A stretch of DNA of 64,000 bases from sequence record PZ179882.1; one strand, 5' to 3'. How positions within the stretch are numbered: position 1 is the first letter of the stretch; each line of letters begins with the position of its first letter. Under the pieces are notes generated by a model. The model saw only the letters and a program-made list of their open reading frames with translations, was not told the DNA's origin and did not search any database. Shown here piece after piece: positions 18,875 through 28,651 of the stretch. The DNA is from a phage. A program made the position numbers and the translations under genes.

Positions 18875-19149
18875 TAAATTTTCCTTGCTAAATCGCGAAT
18901 TTGACCTACAGTATAATCTTGGATATAAACTTTATTAATAGGCTCATCAATAAATTTTGCCATAGATTCAATATCTTTTTGTATCTCTTCAAGACTGTAT
19001 ACTATCTTTGAAGCTTTTTCGCGAATAGTAACATTATCAGGTCCTGAATTTTCTTGAATGACAGCTTTAACATTTGCCATAAGAGATTTAAACTGATGCA
19101 AACTTAATTCAATCATTAATAACCGCCTTATAAAGATGGCTAATTTCAC
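18874..19149 (-). CDS. Hypothetical protein, 91 aa
   Basis: ORF track; paralogous to next ORF (SLEEIQKDIESMAKF...YIQDYTVGQIRDL vs QLEEIERDLIALEFF...ISDYILGEISHL). Confidence 0.45.
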   Translation of the reverse strand: MKLAIFIRRLLMIELSLHQFKSLMANVKAVIQENSGPDNVTIREKASKIVYSLEEIQKDIESMAKFIDEPINKVYIQDYTVGQIRDLARKI

Positions 19150-19369
19150 CTAAAATATAATCACTAATTGTAACAGTTTTCACTTCACCGCAAAAGAATT
19201 CTAACGCAATCAAATCTCGTTCAATTTCTTCCAATTGAAGCATTAACTTGCCTGATTCAATTTTTACATTTCTGCGATTTTTACTATAAGCTATTTCATA
19301 TATTTCGCTCACTTTATCTTGGAGCAGATAAAACTGGTCTTTAGTTATTTCCACGAATAGCTTCCTCAA
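19109..19369 (-). CDS. Hypothetical protein, 86 aa (paralog of 18874..19149)
   Basis: ORF track; shared motif with neighbour; immediately downstream of dda. Confidence 0.45.
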   Translation of the reverse strand: MRKLFVEITKDQFYLLQDKVSEIYEIAYSKNRRNVKIESGKLMLQLEEIERDLIALEFFCGEVKTVTISDYILGEISHLYKAVIND

Positions 19370-19375
19370 ATTTAA

Positions 19376-20695
19376 TCATACATAAAACACATCATAACGA
19401 CCACGTGTTACACCAACATAAAGAAGCTGCTGAGCTAGTTCAACATCTGCATAATGAATACAAGGAGTATAAATGAATGCACGGTCTACAGACATACCCT
19501 GAGCTTTGTGGAATGTTGATGCAGGAAGTGCTTTCACTTTACTGAACTGTGATTTAGCATCCCAAAAATCACTCCATGGAGCTTTTCCACCTTTATTCCA
19601 ATTTTTGTACGTTTCTGCCGTTTTACCTAAAAATAGGTTAAACTTATACAGCTCTTCATCAGATGAAATTATTTTAATCTTTTCACGATAATATTCATCA
19701 TCGCCGTAAGTTTCTACTGTTAAATCCCAATGACGAATTAGATATTCTCCAGGAACACCACGAGCTTTAACAAATGTTGATGTATATTCTGCTTCTATAA
19801 TACGAACTAACTGTCCGTTATTAAAAATAATTTCTGACACAGGCTTTCCATCAATTTTATATGTTTTAATTAATGGTTCCTGCATTACAATAATTTCACC
19901 GACAATAAAATCTTTATCAGTTTCAAAAATCTTTTTACGAATAATGCTATTTAACTTATCAACAGATTTATTCGTAAATGCCATTACACGATTTTCAAAC
20001 AAATCATCTAGTGATTTTACGATTGAAAAATAATTTACCATAAAATCGCGTAAAGCGGTATCACCAGTAAATCCACGTACTCCATGTCCGTCAACAATTT
20101 TATCATAAATCCACTTACCGTTGCGAACATCAGTAGCTACATCAATAATAGGAGCATTACTGCGTTTAACTTCAGTGAGTTCACATTGATAAAAATCTTT
20201 GTGCGTAAAGAATGGACTGATATAAGCAGTGTTTTCTCCTGGGTCAACAGGTCTAATTTGCTTATTATCGCCTATTCCAATTATAGTACACCAAGGTGGA
20301 ATAGTTGAAAGCAGAATTTTAAATAGCTTTCTATCATACATTGATACTTCGTCGCAGATTAATACTCTGCATTTAGCTAAATCCGGTACTTCTTTTTGTT
20401 CAAAAAGAACGTTTTCTTCGTATGTTACTGGGTTAATTTTAAGAATACTGTGAATAGTACTCGCTTCTTTCCCTGATAGTTTTGAAAGAATCTTTTTAGC
20501 TGCATGTGTAGGAGCTGCTAAAATAATTCCAGTTTCGCCCGTAGATATTAAAGCTTCAATGATGAACTTAGTAAGAGTAGTCTTACCAGTACCAGCAGGT
20601 CCATTAATAGTTACATGGTGTTTCTTTTCTTTGATAGCCCTCATAACGATGTTAAAGGCATTTTTCTGGCCTTCGGTCAAATCATCAAATGTCAT
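19376..20695 (-). CDS. dda: Dda DNA helicase (SF1B)
   Basis: 439 aa; Walker A GPAGTGKT; MTFDDLTEGQKNAFNIVMRAIKEKKHHVTINGPAGTGKTTL matches remembered T4 Dda; ATG verified 20693-20695. Confidence 0.92.
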   Translation of the reverse strand: MTFDDLTEGQKNAFNIVMRAIKEKKHHVTINGPAGTGKTTLTKFIIEALISTGETGIILAAPTHAAKKILSKLSGKEASTIHSILKINPVTYEENVLFEQKEVPDLAKCRVLICDEVSMYDRKLFKILLSTIPPWCTIIGIGDNKQIRPVDPGENTAYISPFFTHKDFYQCELTEVKRSNAPIIDVATDVRNGKWIYDKIVDGHGVRGFTGDTALRDFMVNYFSIVKSLDDLFENRVMAFTNKSVDKLNSIIRKKIFETDKDFIVGEIIVMQEPLIKTYKIDGKPVSEIIFNNGQLVRIIEAEYTSTFVKARGVPGEYLIRHWDLTVETYGDDEYYREKIKIISSDEELYKFNLFLGKTAETYKNWNKGGKAPWSDFWDAKSQFSKVKALPASTFHKAQGMSVDRAFIYTPCIHYADVELAQQLLYVGVTRGRYDVFYV

Positions 20696-21003
20696 CGTAA
20701 ATTCCCTGCAATTGGTATACTAACAATACGCCCAGTATCTAAAATTCGCCGATATAATCTTTGTGTGTCTACATCAGGCTTAACGCGTTTAACTTCTATT
20801 TTATTAAACCAAAACTTGCGTGGAGTCTCAACTAATCTCGGAATTCCCATACCTAAAGCTAGTTGATACTGCTCTTTAAGAGTTGTAAATACTTTATCAG
20901 CAATCTCCCTTTCAAAAAATACAGCAGGACGATGTTCATCAAGAGGAACAGGCACCGCAAATCCATCTTTATCTCTATATACTATCGCATATACATAAAA
21001 CAT
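20692..21003 (-). CDS. Hypothetical protein, 103 aa
   Basis: ORF track; ATGA overlap with dda start. Confidence 0.5.
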   Translation of the reverse strand: MFYVYAIVYRDKDGFAVPVPLDEHRPAVFFEREIADKVFTTLKEQYQLALGMGIPRLVETPRKFWFNKIEVKRVKPDVDTQRLYRRILDTGRIVSIPIAGNLR

Positions 21004-21004
21004 A

Positions 21005-21751
21005 TTATCCTCGGATAAGTTTAAAAATTGAACAATTTAGCGGGTATCCTCTTTTCAGTTTAAGTTTATCAATAAAAGACAAGTTTTGATACCGCTCTAC
21101 ACCTTGAATAATTTTATCACACATATCATATTGCATTTCTGCTTCTGACAACTTTTTCACGGTTTTCCAATCTGAGCCTTTAAGAAGAACGTTCAATTTA
21201 ACAACTTCAGCGCCTTCTGCTATACGAGAACCATCAATACGAGCTTTAAGTGCTATAATCGTTAGCTTAACGTCAGAAGTTTGTTTTGATTTAGAAAGCT
21301 GAGAAATATGCTCAATTCGGTTTTCACGTTTTTTCTGTATAGCTTTAATTTGATTAAAAGTCTTTTTGATTTTAGCCCATTTCTTTTCATCTAAATTTAG
21401 TTTATGAACTTTTTTCGCAGATGAACGACCAATTCGCAAAGCAAATAAATCACGCTTTTCAATCAACTCTTCTAAAGTATAATCAGAACGAAATGTATTA
21501 TACTTTTTCTTTACTGCAATAACATTCCCTTTAATGTATCCAACGTTATTGTCAAAACGTTCTAATGATAATTTCTCTCCTTCAATACGATTATCAAAAG
21601 GTTCTCCTGAGTAAGCGCAAACTTTCTGATCTAAAATGTTCTTAATGTAATTGAAGTCTAAGTTAAAATCTTTAGAACGTCTTTTAGCTGATGCCTGAGT
21701 GTGCTCTAAACGACGTGTAATTTTACGAATTTGATTTTTAGACAGTTTCAT
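21005..21751 (-). CDS. srd: srd-like basic protein, 248 aa
   Basis: Lys/Arg-rich; position between dda and modA and size as T4 srd; synteny-only. Confidence 0.4.
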   Translation of the reverse strand: MKLSKNQIRKITRRLEHTQASAKRRSKDFNLDFNYIKNILDQKVCAYSGEPFDNRIEGEKLSLERFDNNVGYIKGNVIAVKKKYNTFRSDYTLEELIEKRDLFALRIGRSSAKKVHKLNLDEKKWAKIKKTFNQIKAIQKKRENRIEHISQLSKSKQTSDVKLTIIALKARIDGSRIAEGAEVVKLNVLLKGSDWKTVKKLSEAEMQYDMCDKIIQGVERYQNLSFIDKLKLKRGYPLNCSIFKLIRG

Positions 21752-21781
21752 ATTTTTCTCACGGACGGGTTAACTACTTAT

Positions 21782-21811
21782 ACTATAACATTTTTACTTC
21801 AGCTTGTAAAC
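21782..21811 (-). promoter_or_regulatory. Early promoter upstream of srd-like gene
   Basis: GTTTAC 21811-21806, 18-nt spacer, TGtTATAGT. Confidence 0.5.
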
Positions 21812-21825
21812 AACTTTATGAAAAA

Positions 21826-21850
21826 TGCTTTAAAACTTTCATGGTATAAT
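21826..21850 (+). promoter_or_regulatory. Plus-strand promoter-like element (MotA box plus extended -10), antisense to modA
   Basis: aTGCTTTA at 21825-21832, 12-nt spacer, TGgTATAAT at 21842-21850 on the + strand. Confidence 0.3.
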
Positions 21851-21867
21851 GAATCTAAGTCCTTCCA

Positions 21868-22470
21868 TTATAGATTAAATCCTTCAAAATCAAGAGTATA
21901 GATAGTGTATGTTGAATACTTTTTATACTCGTATCTATCCGCAATTCTAAATACACTTCCAGCTGGTATCATTACTTCTTGTTCATCTGAAACTAATTCC
22001 ATATTACGATAACGATGGCTATCTGGAAACTTAAAACTCGGACTATATTCTTTACAACGTAGAGCTTTTATAGCATACTCCTGGAAATTAAATACCATAG
22101 GAGCTTTGAATTCAAAAATAACTTGTGTGTTGTATTCTAATCCAGAAGCAAAATGTAGAGCTATATTTTTATCATATGAAGCTGATACTACTTTATCAAA
22201 TGTAATAATATCAATTCCTTGATTTAACACTTGCTTAGTCTCAACTGGAACACCTCTCCAAAGAGGTTTATCGTTTGGAACCAAACGAGATTTGATTATT
22301 TCATTTAACCAAGAGTGGTCGTCTGGCTTATTAGTAATACAATGAATTAAAAGTTCAATTTCGGATAAATTAAATCCTTCAGAAAGTAATTCTTCACGAA
22401 TAGAAGCACGCACCGATGCATCCATTGATTTGATTTTAAAATCTTTTAATTGCATTGCTGAATATTTCAT
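21868..22470 (-). CDS. modA: ADP-ribosyltransferase ModA
   Basis: 200 aa, size and position of T4 ModA; paralogous to adjacent ModB; ATG verified 22468-22470. Confidence 0.8.
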   Translation of the reverse strand: MKYSAMQLKDFKIKSMDASVRASIREELLSEGFNLSEIELLIHCITNKPDDHSWLNEIIKSRLVPNDKPLWRGVPVETKQVLNQGIDIITFDKVVSASYDKNIALHFASGLEYNTQVIFEFKAPMVFNFQEYAIKALRCKEYSPSFKFPDSHRYRNMELVSDEQEVMIPAGSVFRIADRYEYKKYSTYTIYTLDFEGFNL

Positions 22471-23090
22471 TCAACTACCTCAATATCATACACTTTAAAT
22501 GTTCCAAATGAATCGTGTAATTTTTCTTTTGAAATAGAAGTTATTTTATACTTTCCAATTGGAATCATCCATTCTTGTTCACGCACAATCATCATTAAGT
22601 TATCAGTACGTTCTGAATCTAATCCATCAGTATCTTCATATGTATACTTAAACTCAGTGTTAGGAGAAGAAAGTATAATATCGCTAATATGGTCAGAATA
22701 ATTAAAAGCTTTATCAGTTTTTAAGCGAAATATTATTTCAGTGAAATACTCAACATAAGAAAAACCGCATGCTGTGTGCAAACTAGTAGTAAATGAATCT
22801 ACTCTGTTCGTTGAAAACACTTCTCCGACTTGTAAATCTTTAATGAGCTCTTTTGTCGATTTTGATATACCACGATATAACTGATAAGGTGATTCAGTTA
22901 AATGCTTTTTAATGATTTTATTCAACTGCCGATGAAGAGCTTCATTCTTTTTGGCTTCCATACATTGCCAAAGAATTGACTGTTCAAAGTCAGTAAATTT
23001 TTCACAGACCTTTTTATACATATCATATTGAAAATCAACGCTTTCAGCTTTTATAGATAACTGTTCAACATCTGCAAGATTAATAATCAT
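22467..23090 (-). CDS. modB: ADP-ribosyltransferase ModB
   Basis: 207 aa, size and position of T4 ModB; stop overlaps modA start (ATGA). Confidence 0.8.
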   Translation of the reverse strand: MIINLADVEQLSIKAESVDFQYDMYKKVCEKFTDFEQSILWQCMEAKKNEALHRQLNKIIKKHLTESPYQLYRGISKSTKELIKDLQVGEVFSTNRVDSFTTSLHTACGFSYVEYFTEIIFRLKTDKAFNYSDHISDIILSSPNTEFKYTYEDTDGLDSERTDNLMMIVREQEWMIPIGKYKITSISKEKLHDSFGTFKVYDIEVVE

Positions 23091-23157
23091 GATAGCCTCC
23101 GTATACTTCAGAAGCTATCATATCATCGTTAGAAAGGAAAGTAAACAACTTTTTGAA

Positions 23158-23340
23158 TTATTTTGCCCAGGGAGCCCAAGGCGGAGGGTCAAGATGGTAT
23201 GAAGCTAGTTCTTCTAGAAGAGCATCTGGGGCTTCAATTCCATAATTCTGTAATACTATACGGTACTCTTTCTTATAATCACTAGAATCATTCTGGTTAT
23301 TCGTAGAATGATTATCTTCTAACATCTCAAATAAATCCAT
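23158..23340 (-). CDS. Hypothetical acidic protein, 60 aa
   Basis: ORF track. Confidence 0.4.
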   Translation of the reverse strand: MDLFEMLEDNHSTNNQNDSSDYKKEYRIVLQNYGIEAPDALLEELASYHLDPPPWAPWAK

Positions 23341-23348
23341 ATTAATTC

Positions 23349-23831
23349 CTAGCGATAAAAACCAAAATAACGATTAGCTTCAATAATTTTTCTTTCTTCT
23401 TCGGACATTCTCCAGCGTAGTCCAACATCAAAATGAGCCCAGACCATCTTAACAAATGCATTTATATCTTTAATATCTTCAATAATGAATGTTTTACTTT
23501 TAGAAGGTTGACCTGCTAAATTAAGTGCTAATTTAACGTTATCATCTTCAAACAGGCTAAAAAGACCATATTCATGAGCTCTTTTATAGCCTTTGATAGT
23601 TAAAGCTTCAGAAGAAGAAAATGGTGAATCAGTATTCTGCAAAATATCTTCAGTATGCTTTATAATTAGAATAACATTTTCTGGATATTTTCTTTCTTTT
23701 ATATCTTTAATTAAAATATCCGGATTTTCTGCTAAAGGAATAATTAATGAGCACTTTTTATCAAGTGTATTTACTGATTTACCTTCTTTAGACATAAATT
23801 CTATTGAATAATGTTTTGCTACTTCAATCAT
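23349..23831 (-). CDS. Hypothetical protein, 160 aa
   Basis: ORF track; modB-soc interval (T4 mrh region). Confidence 0.45.
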   Translation of the reverse strand: MIEVAKHYSIEFMSKEGKSVNTLDKKCSLIIPLAENPDILIKDIKERKYPENVILIIKHTEDILQNTDSPFSSSEALTIKGYKRAHEYGLFSLFEDDNVKLALNLAGQPSKSKTFIIEDIKDINAFVKMVWAHFDVGLRWRMSEEERKIIEANRYFGFYR

Positions 23832-23984
23832 ATGATTTCCTCTTGCCTACTAATGGACCGTCAGGAATTTTGTTTTCCTGGATATATTTCTCATTTTCTT
23901 CCATCATTTTACTGCCAATTTTAAGAAGCAAATCCAATGCTTCATTTGCTTTAGCCTTAGCCTCTTCTAGCATCATATCTTTGT

Positions 23985-24188
23985 TCATGATTTATCCCCA
24001 TAGATGTCTCTCATCAATTTAAGCGCTGAGCGTTCTAATTTCTTTTCTTTCTCAACGCTAATCATTGATTTCATCCATTCTTCTGATTCGTTCTGCATTT
24101 CTTTATTTGCTTGTTCAACCCAACCATCATCAATGTACATTGAGTTTGGTCTACTGAACCATTCAAACATTTTCTTCAGAACTTTCAT
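23985..24188 (-). CDS. Hypothetical protein, 67 aa
   Basis: ORF track. Confidence 0.4.
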   Translation of the reverse strand: MKVLKKMFEWFSRPNSMYIDDGWVEQANKEMQNESEEWMKSMISVEKEKKLERSALKLMRDIYGDKS

Positions 24189-24660
24189 TTATTTTACCTA
24201 AAACAACAGTAGGAGCATCATCAAATTTATGAATTTTTAGCAAATTTGGATTTAAATTATTCCATAAAGAGGTAATAAAATATGATAGCGCATTTTTTTC
24301 CGTAATTATAAATTTATTTCCCTTATCTATTTTCCAGTCATATATTGAATCATATGAATATAATGGCAACGGTTTATTGTTATAATATGCTTCAGCAACA
24401 TCAATATAGTTAGATTTAGTAAATGCCTGAATTGACATAAATGGAGAATTTCGTACAGTTTCAATAATTCCGATCTTTTTAAGTTTTATTTCAACATCTT
24501 CTGGAACTGGCATTGAAATAAAATCTTCTACTAGATACATGTTATTATCATATCTTTTATCAATCATTACTGCTACTGTAATTGGAACGTCTTTAGCAAA
24601 CGACATACTATTACTGCTAATATACATTTCAAACAAAATCGCTTCCATAATTTTCCTCAA
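24163..24660 (-). CDS. Hypothetical protein, 165 aa
   Basis: ORF track. Confidence 0.5.
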   Translation of the reverse strand: MRKIMEAILFEMYISSNSMSFAKDVPITVAVMIDKRYDNNMYLVEDFISMPVPEDVEIKLKKIGIIETVRNSPFMSIQAFTKSNYIDVAEAYYNNKPLPLYSYDSIYDWKIDKGNKFIITEKNALSYFITSLWNNLNPNLLKIHKFDDAPTVVLGKINESSEENV

Positions 24661-24998
24661 TCACAAGATGTAGATGAACAACTAGAATCACAAGAACTTC
24701 CACATGAATCTCCCGCCCATACATGAACAGGAACATTAGTATCATATGAATCAGAACTAGACTGTGTATTCTGTGTGTTAGATGATGTAGTAGGTGTTGA
24801 CCAGCGCCAAGGATTTTTATAATATTCTTGGGCTTCTTCATAAGTCATAGTAACTGCTTCTACTGTTCCATCTCCCATATAAACATATTCAACTACAGTT
24901 AAAGGGAGGTAGTCATTTGAAATAGGAACTACACCTTCTCCGGGAGTTGTAGAGAAAAAATCCGTAAAGAAACTTTTAAACCAATTAAAGATAAACAT
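24657..24998 (-). CDS. Hypothetical protein with Cys/Ser-rich C-terminal tail, 113 aa
   Basis: ORF track; C-terminus [18 protein letters not shown] (five Cys at 4-residue spacing). Confidence 0.5.
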   Translation of the reverse strand: MFIFNWFKSFFTDFFSTTPGEGVVPISNDYLPLTVVEYVYMGDGTVEAVTMTYEEAQEYYKNPWRWSTPTTSSNTQNTQSSSDSYDTNVPVHVWAGDSCGSSCDSSCSSTSCD

Positions 24999-25204
24999 TA
25001 CAAAAAGCCTCTTTTGAATTCAACTTGCTTCTCGCCATAATCATAACGAATCTCTGCATTAAATTCGACAGAACCATCTGCGTACATCATAAATGAATGC
25101 ACAACAACTTCTGTAGACCATGGCTGTAGTTCATATTTCTTCATTACATACCGTGAAATGATAATATCTAAATCTTCATTTGGTTTAATCCAGCGATTTA
25201 ACAT
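24998..25204 (-). CDS. Hypothetical protein, 68 aa
   Basis: ORF track. Confidence 0.45.
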   Translation of the reverse strand: MLNRWIKPNEDLDIIISRYVMKKYELQPWSTEVVVHSFMMYADGSVEFNAEIRYDYGEKQVEFKRGFL

Positions 25205-25269
25205 AGTGCTCTCCTCTATAAGATAATTCTATTATACCATACTCATTGTGGAAAGTAAACCGGTAAAAT

Positions 25270-25294
25270 GAAAAAAGGACTCCCGAAGGAGTCC
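25270..25294 (-). terminator. Rho-independent terminator downstream of soc
   Basis: Hairpin ggactcc-cgaa-ggagtcc; minus-strand U6 tract. Confidence 0.6.
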
Positions 25295-25302
25295 TTTAAT
25301 TA

Positions 25303-25539
25303 TTAACCATCTATTGCTGTAGGTGTGAACATTGCAGCATTCTTAGTTTTCCAATCAGCTGCATCAGAAACTACAGTAGAATATGCTGCCTTTTCTGACG
25401 GAAAGATTTGATAATGAGAATCTGCGATACGATGCTCGTTAGAATAAATTTCAAACGGAACAGAAACTTCCATACCTTTAACTTCTTTGCCTTCACCCGC
25501 TGGATGAGTAAAGGTCTTGATATTAACGAAACCACCCAT
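25303..25539 (-). CDS. soc: Small outer capsid protein Soc
   Basis: 78 aa; VNIKTF...HYQIFPSEKAAYSTV matches remembered T4 Soc core; terminator hairpin downstream. Confidence 0.8.
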   Translation of the reverse strand: MGGFVNIKTFTHPAGEGKEVKGMEVSVPFEIYSNEHRIADSHYQIFPSEKAAYSTVVSDAADWKTKNAAMFTPTAIDG

Positions 25540-25747
25540 AATAAACTCCTTTATTGTTTAATTACAGGTGTATTTATATCAATCTTCAATGAAAACTTGT
25601 GCTAGGAATTCGTGTTCATCATGATTTGTTTATATAAAGCCATTATAGCATTTATATTAGAGCTATCTACTTTAAGTTGATAAGCATACCACTCGTGTAA
25701 ATTAATTAAAGCTTTTTGACGTCTAATAAGTTCTTCTTTGGATATTT

Positions 25748-25951
25748 TCATTTTGAATGCTCTATAATTAATTTTAAGGCTTCTTCACTGACAAAAATTT
25801 CATCAGGACCTTCTTCTACAACCCAATCAACCACACGAAGCTGATTAGATAAGAGCTCACATACGAGCTCTTTGTCATAATTTTTAAATAGCTGGTCAAT
25901 ACGTTTCTTACGGGCTTTCTTAAGCTGGCGTTTATTTAAACGAGTCATCAA
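25748..25951 (-). CDS. Hypothetical basic protein, 67 aa
   Basis: ORF track; start overlaps 56 stop. Confidence 0.45.
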   Translation of the reverse strand: MMTRLNKRQLKKARKKRIDQLFKNYDKELVCELLSNQLRVVDWVVEEGPDEIFVSEEALKLIIEHSK

Positions 25952-26466
25952 TAACCTCGGTCTTGACGAGCGAAGTTTTCAGCATTTTTCAGATAATAAA
26001 GTTTAAAGATTTCTTCAGCCGTAAGACCGAGACCTTGGAACATATTAAGAACGAAATGAAGAATATCAATCATTTCAAATTTAATTTCCAACTGGTCTTG
26101 TGGAGACAAATCAGTAATTAGAGTTTCACGGCGTTCACCGTGTTGAGCTTTCCAAGGCTTCCATACAGCAGATGCATCTTTTTCACCATTGCTCATACCG
26201 CCAAGAGATGTCAGAAGTTCACGGAATTCATCGTCAATATAATCTTTCTGATTACGTAGCCAATCAACAACTTCACCTGCAGTAGCCAAATCATCAGGAT
26301 GACGGTTATATTCAGGTTTATCTTTAGCTAAACGAACCTGTAAAGATTTCTGCATATCAAGCATAACCTGCAGCGGGTCTTTTTCATCACCGAGAATATC
26401 CCAGTATTCGTTTTGAGCTTTATCAGCGCCTTCAATCAGTTGTGAACATTCATTAAAGTAAGCCAT
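25948..26466 (-). CDS. 56: dCTP pyrophosphatase gp56 (MazG-like)
   Basis: Track ORF begins at GTG 26557-26559; ATG at 26464-26466 gives 172 aa starting MAYFNECSQLIEG, close to T4 gp56 length (171). Confidence 0.85.
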   Translation of the reverse strand: MAYFNECSQLIEGADKAQNEYWDILGDEKDPLQVMLDMQKSLQVRLAKDKPEYNRHPDDLATAGEVVDWLRNQKDYIDDEFRELLTSLGGMSNGEKDASAVWKPWKAQHGERRETLITDLSPQDQLEIKFEMIDILHFVLNMFQGLGLTAEEIFKLYYLKNAENFARQDRGY

Positions 26467-26537
26467 TATTTTTCCTTTCAATTCATGGATTAGTAGATTA
26501 ATTATACAATAAATATATAAAGCAATAAGGAGGACAT

Positions 26538-26738
26538 ATGGTACAAAAATTAATGGCACTTGTTAATGCCATCAAAGGTAATAAGAAACGTATAGCTTTT
26601 ACTATTTCTGCTATGGTAGGAATTTTACTCTGGAACTTTATTTTATCACCAATTGCAATTGCGCATGGTGTTAATATTCCAGTAGTTACTCTTGATACAT
26701 TCGTAGATCTAGCATTTGCTTTAGTTGGGTTAATTTAA
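26538..26738 (+). CDS. Hypothetical small membrane protein, 66 aa, on opposite strand
   Basis: ATG 26538 preceded by TAAGGAGG at 26526-26533; two hydrophobic segments; lies in the 56-61 intergenic interval. Confidence 0.4.
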   Translation: MVQKLMALVNAIKGNKKRIAFTISAMVGILLWNFILSPIAIAHGVNIPVVTLDTFVDLAFALVGLI

Positions 26739-27763
26739 ATCTTGGCATATTTAGATAACCGCATTTTAGCCATTAACCCCTGGGCAATATTATTTTTCAT
26801 ATATTCCATAATTTGTTCAGGGGTTGCACCTTCCTTTCTAATCATATCATTAACATCTTTTGATTTCCAGGGAGATTTATCCCAAAACATAACCCTTTCT
26901 CCTGCATCAACTAATTTAGTCATTCGCTTGATAGTGTCAGGGTGACGAGGTTCATTATCTAAAACCCACACTCGTCTATCTTTAAATGGAACAACTTCTA
27001 GGTCTAATTGACCACCCGTAATAGCTATACCATTTTCAATAAAAAGTGAATCTATAGGTCCTTCTAGAACATATACATCGCCATCTTTAACTCGTTCGAC
27101 TCCATATATTTTTGTTGCCTCAGGATAAGCTTTGATGGTGATATATTTTTGAGGAGCATCTTTCTTTAATGCGCGTCCTTGAAAAGACTCAGCTTTTCCA
27201 TTAGCATTATAAATTGGAATAACAAGACGAGGCTCAGGTATTTCCTTTTTATATGTTCCTGGTGCTATGCTATTAACTAATTTAGGCCATTCAGTTGTAA
27301 ACCAAAGATATTTCCATTTATCCTTTGGAATGCAGCGAGCTTTTACGTATTTTATAATTGGATGGTCTTCCGCCAGTTTATCTAATCTAATGCATGACGG
27401 AAGAGATTTAATTATTTTCTTCTCAGGTTGTTTAGGAAGTTCTTTAGGTTTTTCTACTGGACGACTTTTACCTTTTTCTTTTCTTATTTCAAAGATATAC
27501 TCACGATATAAATCAGGTTCAAACTCCTTTAAATATATTCCTATTGGTGCATGATAGTTACAGTTATAACAGTGAATATTTCCTTCATTATTATCACCAT
27601 AATACCATCCACGGGCTTTATTTTGGTCGGTTTTTGAATCTCCACAAACAGGACATCTAAACCGTAATTTAAAAGTTGAACTATTATTTACTTGTGCGAA
27701 TTTAGGTAAATGAGCTAGCGCACGATATGCAAACTCATTATCAATCCAAGGTATTGATGACAT
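26735..27763 (-). CDS. 61: DNA primase gp61
   Basis: 342 aa as T4 gp61; N-terminal zinc finger CPVCGDS...CYNC; ATG verified 27761-27763. Confidence 0.92.
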   Translation of the reverse strand: MSSIPWIDNEFAYRALAHLPKFAQVNNSSTFKLRFRCPVCGDSKTDQNKARGWYYGDNNEGNIHCYNCNYHAPIGIYLKEFEPDLYREYIFEIRKEKGKSRPVEKPKELPKQPEKKIIKSLPSCIRLDKLAEDHPIIKYVKARCIPKDKWKYLWFTTEWPKLVNSIAPGTYKKEIPEPRLVIPIYNANGKAESFQGRALKKDAPQKYITIKAYPEATKIYGVERVKDGDVYVLEGPIDSLFIENGIAITGGQLDLEVVPFKDRRVWVLDNEPRHPDTIKRMTKLVDAGERVMFWDKSPWKSKDVNDMIRKEGATPEQIMEYMKNNIAQGLMAKMRLSKYAKI

Positions 27764-27765
27764 TT

Positions 27766-27930
27766 TTACTCTTCTTTTTCTTTAGATTCCTCTTTTTTCT
27801 TTTTAGGAATCTGTTCAGGACCTTTATTTACTACAGCGCCTGACGTTGTTCCAGTGGAGATATTTTCAGGATTACCACCTGAATCTCCAGCTACCATATC
27901 TTCTTTAATAAATTCTTTATATGTTTTCAT
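27766..27930 (-). CDS. Small hydrophilic protein, 54 aa, not in ORF track
   Basis: Hand translation MKTYKEFIKEDMVAGDSGGNPENISTGTTSGAVVNKGPEQIPKKKKEESKEKEE; ATG 27928-27930 with GAGG SD; stop abuts gene 61 start. Confidence 0.35.
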   Translation of the reverse strand: MKTYKEFIKEDMVAGDSGGNPENISTGTTSGAVVNKGPEQIPKKKKEESKEKEE

Positions 27931-27931
27931 A

Positions 27932-28288
27932 TTAACCTCTATTCATAAAAGCATTAAAAATTTGGTCATCAATCGATGGAATAGCAACCTTTTCGGCATC
28001 ATTTAGCAAATCATTAATTTCATCAGATAGCATAACGCATGTACCTTTATTTCCTGTAATTGTTACTGCGCAATTACGAACGTTTTCTTTATCAAATTTT
28101 AGGTTAATATTTTCGTAGTGAAAATCCTTTAATGCCGAATATATCTTTAAAATGAAATTGTCTTTTACTACAATAAAACCGACTTCACTGTTAAAACGCG
28201 GCTCATGAAAACTGTAATAAACCTTTTCATCTATAAAATCGTATGAAATTTTTTCCATTTTTAAATATGGAAATTCAGAACTATACAT
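27932..28288 (-). CDS. Hypothetical protein (61.1-like), 118 aa
   Basis: ORF track. Confidence 0.5.
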   Translation of the reverse strand: MYSSEFPYLKMEKISYDFIDEKVYYSFHEPRFNSEVGFIVVKDNFILKIYSALKDFHYENINLKFDKENVRNCAVTITGNKGTCVMLSDEINDLLNDAEKVAIPSIDDQIFNAFMNRG

Positions 28289-28300
28289 ATTAACCTCTAA

Positions 28301-28594
28301 TTATTCACCTACCACTTCAGCGATGATATTTTTATTATTGAAGTTTTTATCACAATACAGAACGTAATTATACTGCATTACACCACCAGACTTAAGCTGT
28401 TTTTGTACTTCAGCTTTCATTTCAGGGCGATCACGCTCAACGATATTCATAATATCTGCTTCAATCTGAGTTTCAACCTCAGTCTGATCTGCGGTCATAG
28501 ACCATTCACACAAATCTTTATCATAACCTGCCATAGCAGGCTGAGCAGCACAAGAAGCCAAAGCAAAAATTGCAGCAAAAACAAATTTTTTCAT
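28301..28594 (-). CDS. sp: Spackle periplasmic protein Sp (superinfection exclusion)
   Basis: 97 aa with cleavable signal peptide MKKFVFAAIFALASCAAQPAMA; matches remembered T4 Sp size and sequence. Confidence 0.7.
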   Translation of the reverse strand: MKKFVFAAIFALASCAAQPAMAGYDKDLCEWSMTADQTEVETQIEADIMNIVERDRPEMKAEVQKQLKSGGVMQYNYVLYCDKNFNNKNIIAEVVGE

Positions 28595-28651
28595 GATAAT
28601 CTCCTCAGTAGTTTATGTTTATATAATATCTCAATTTCCAACAAAAGTAAA

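Noticed and set aside
24629-24841. 70-aa His/Leu-rich ORF
   Set aside because: Alternative frame inside the 113-aa gene; low-complexity.
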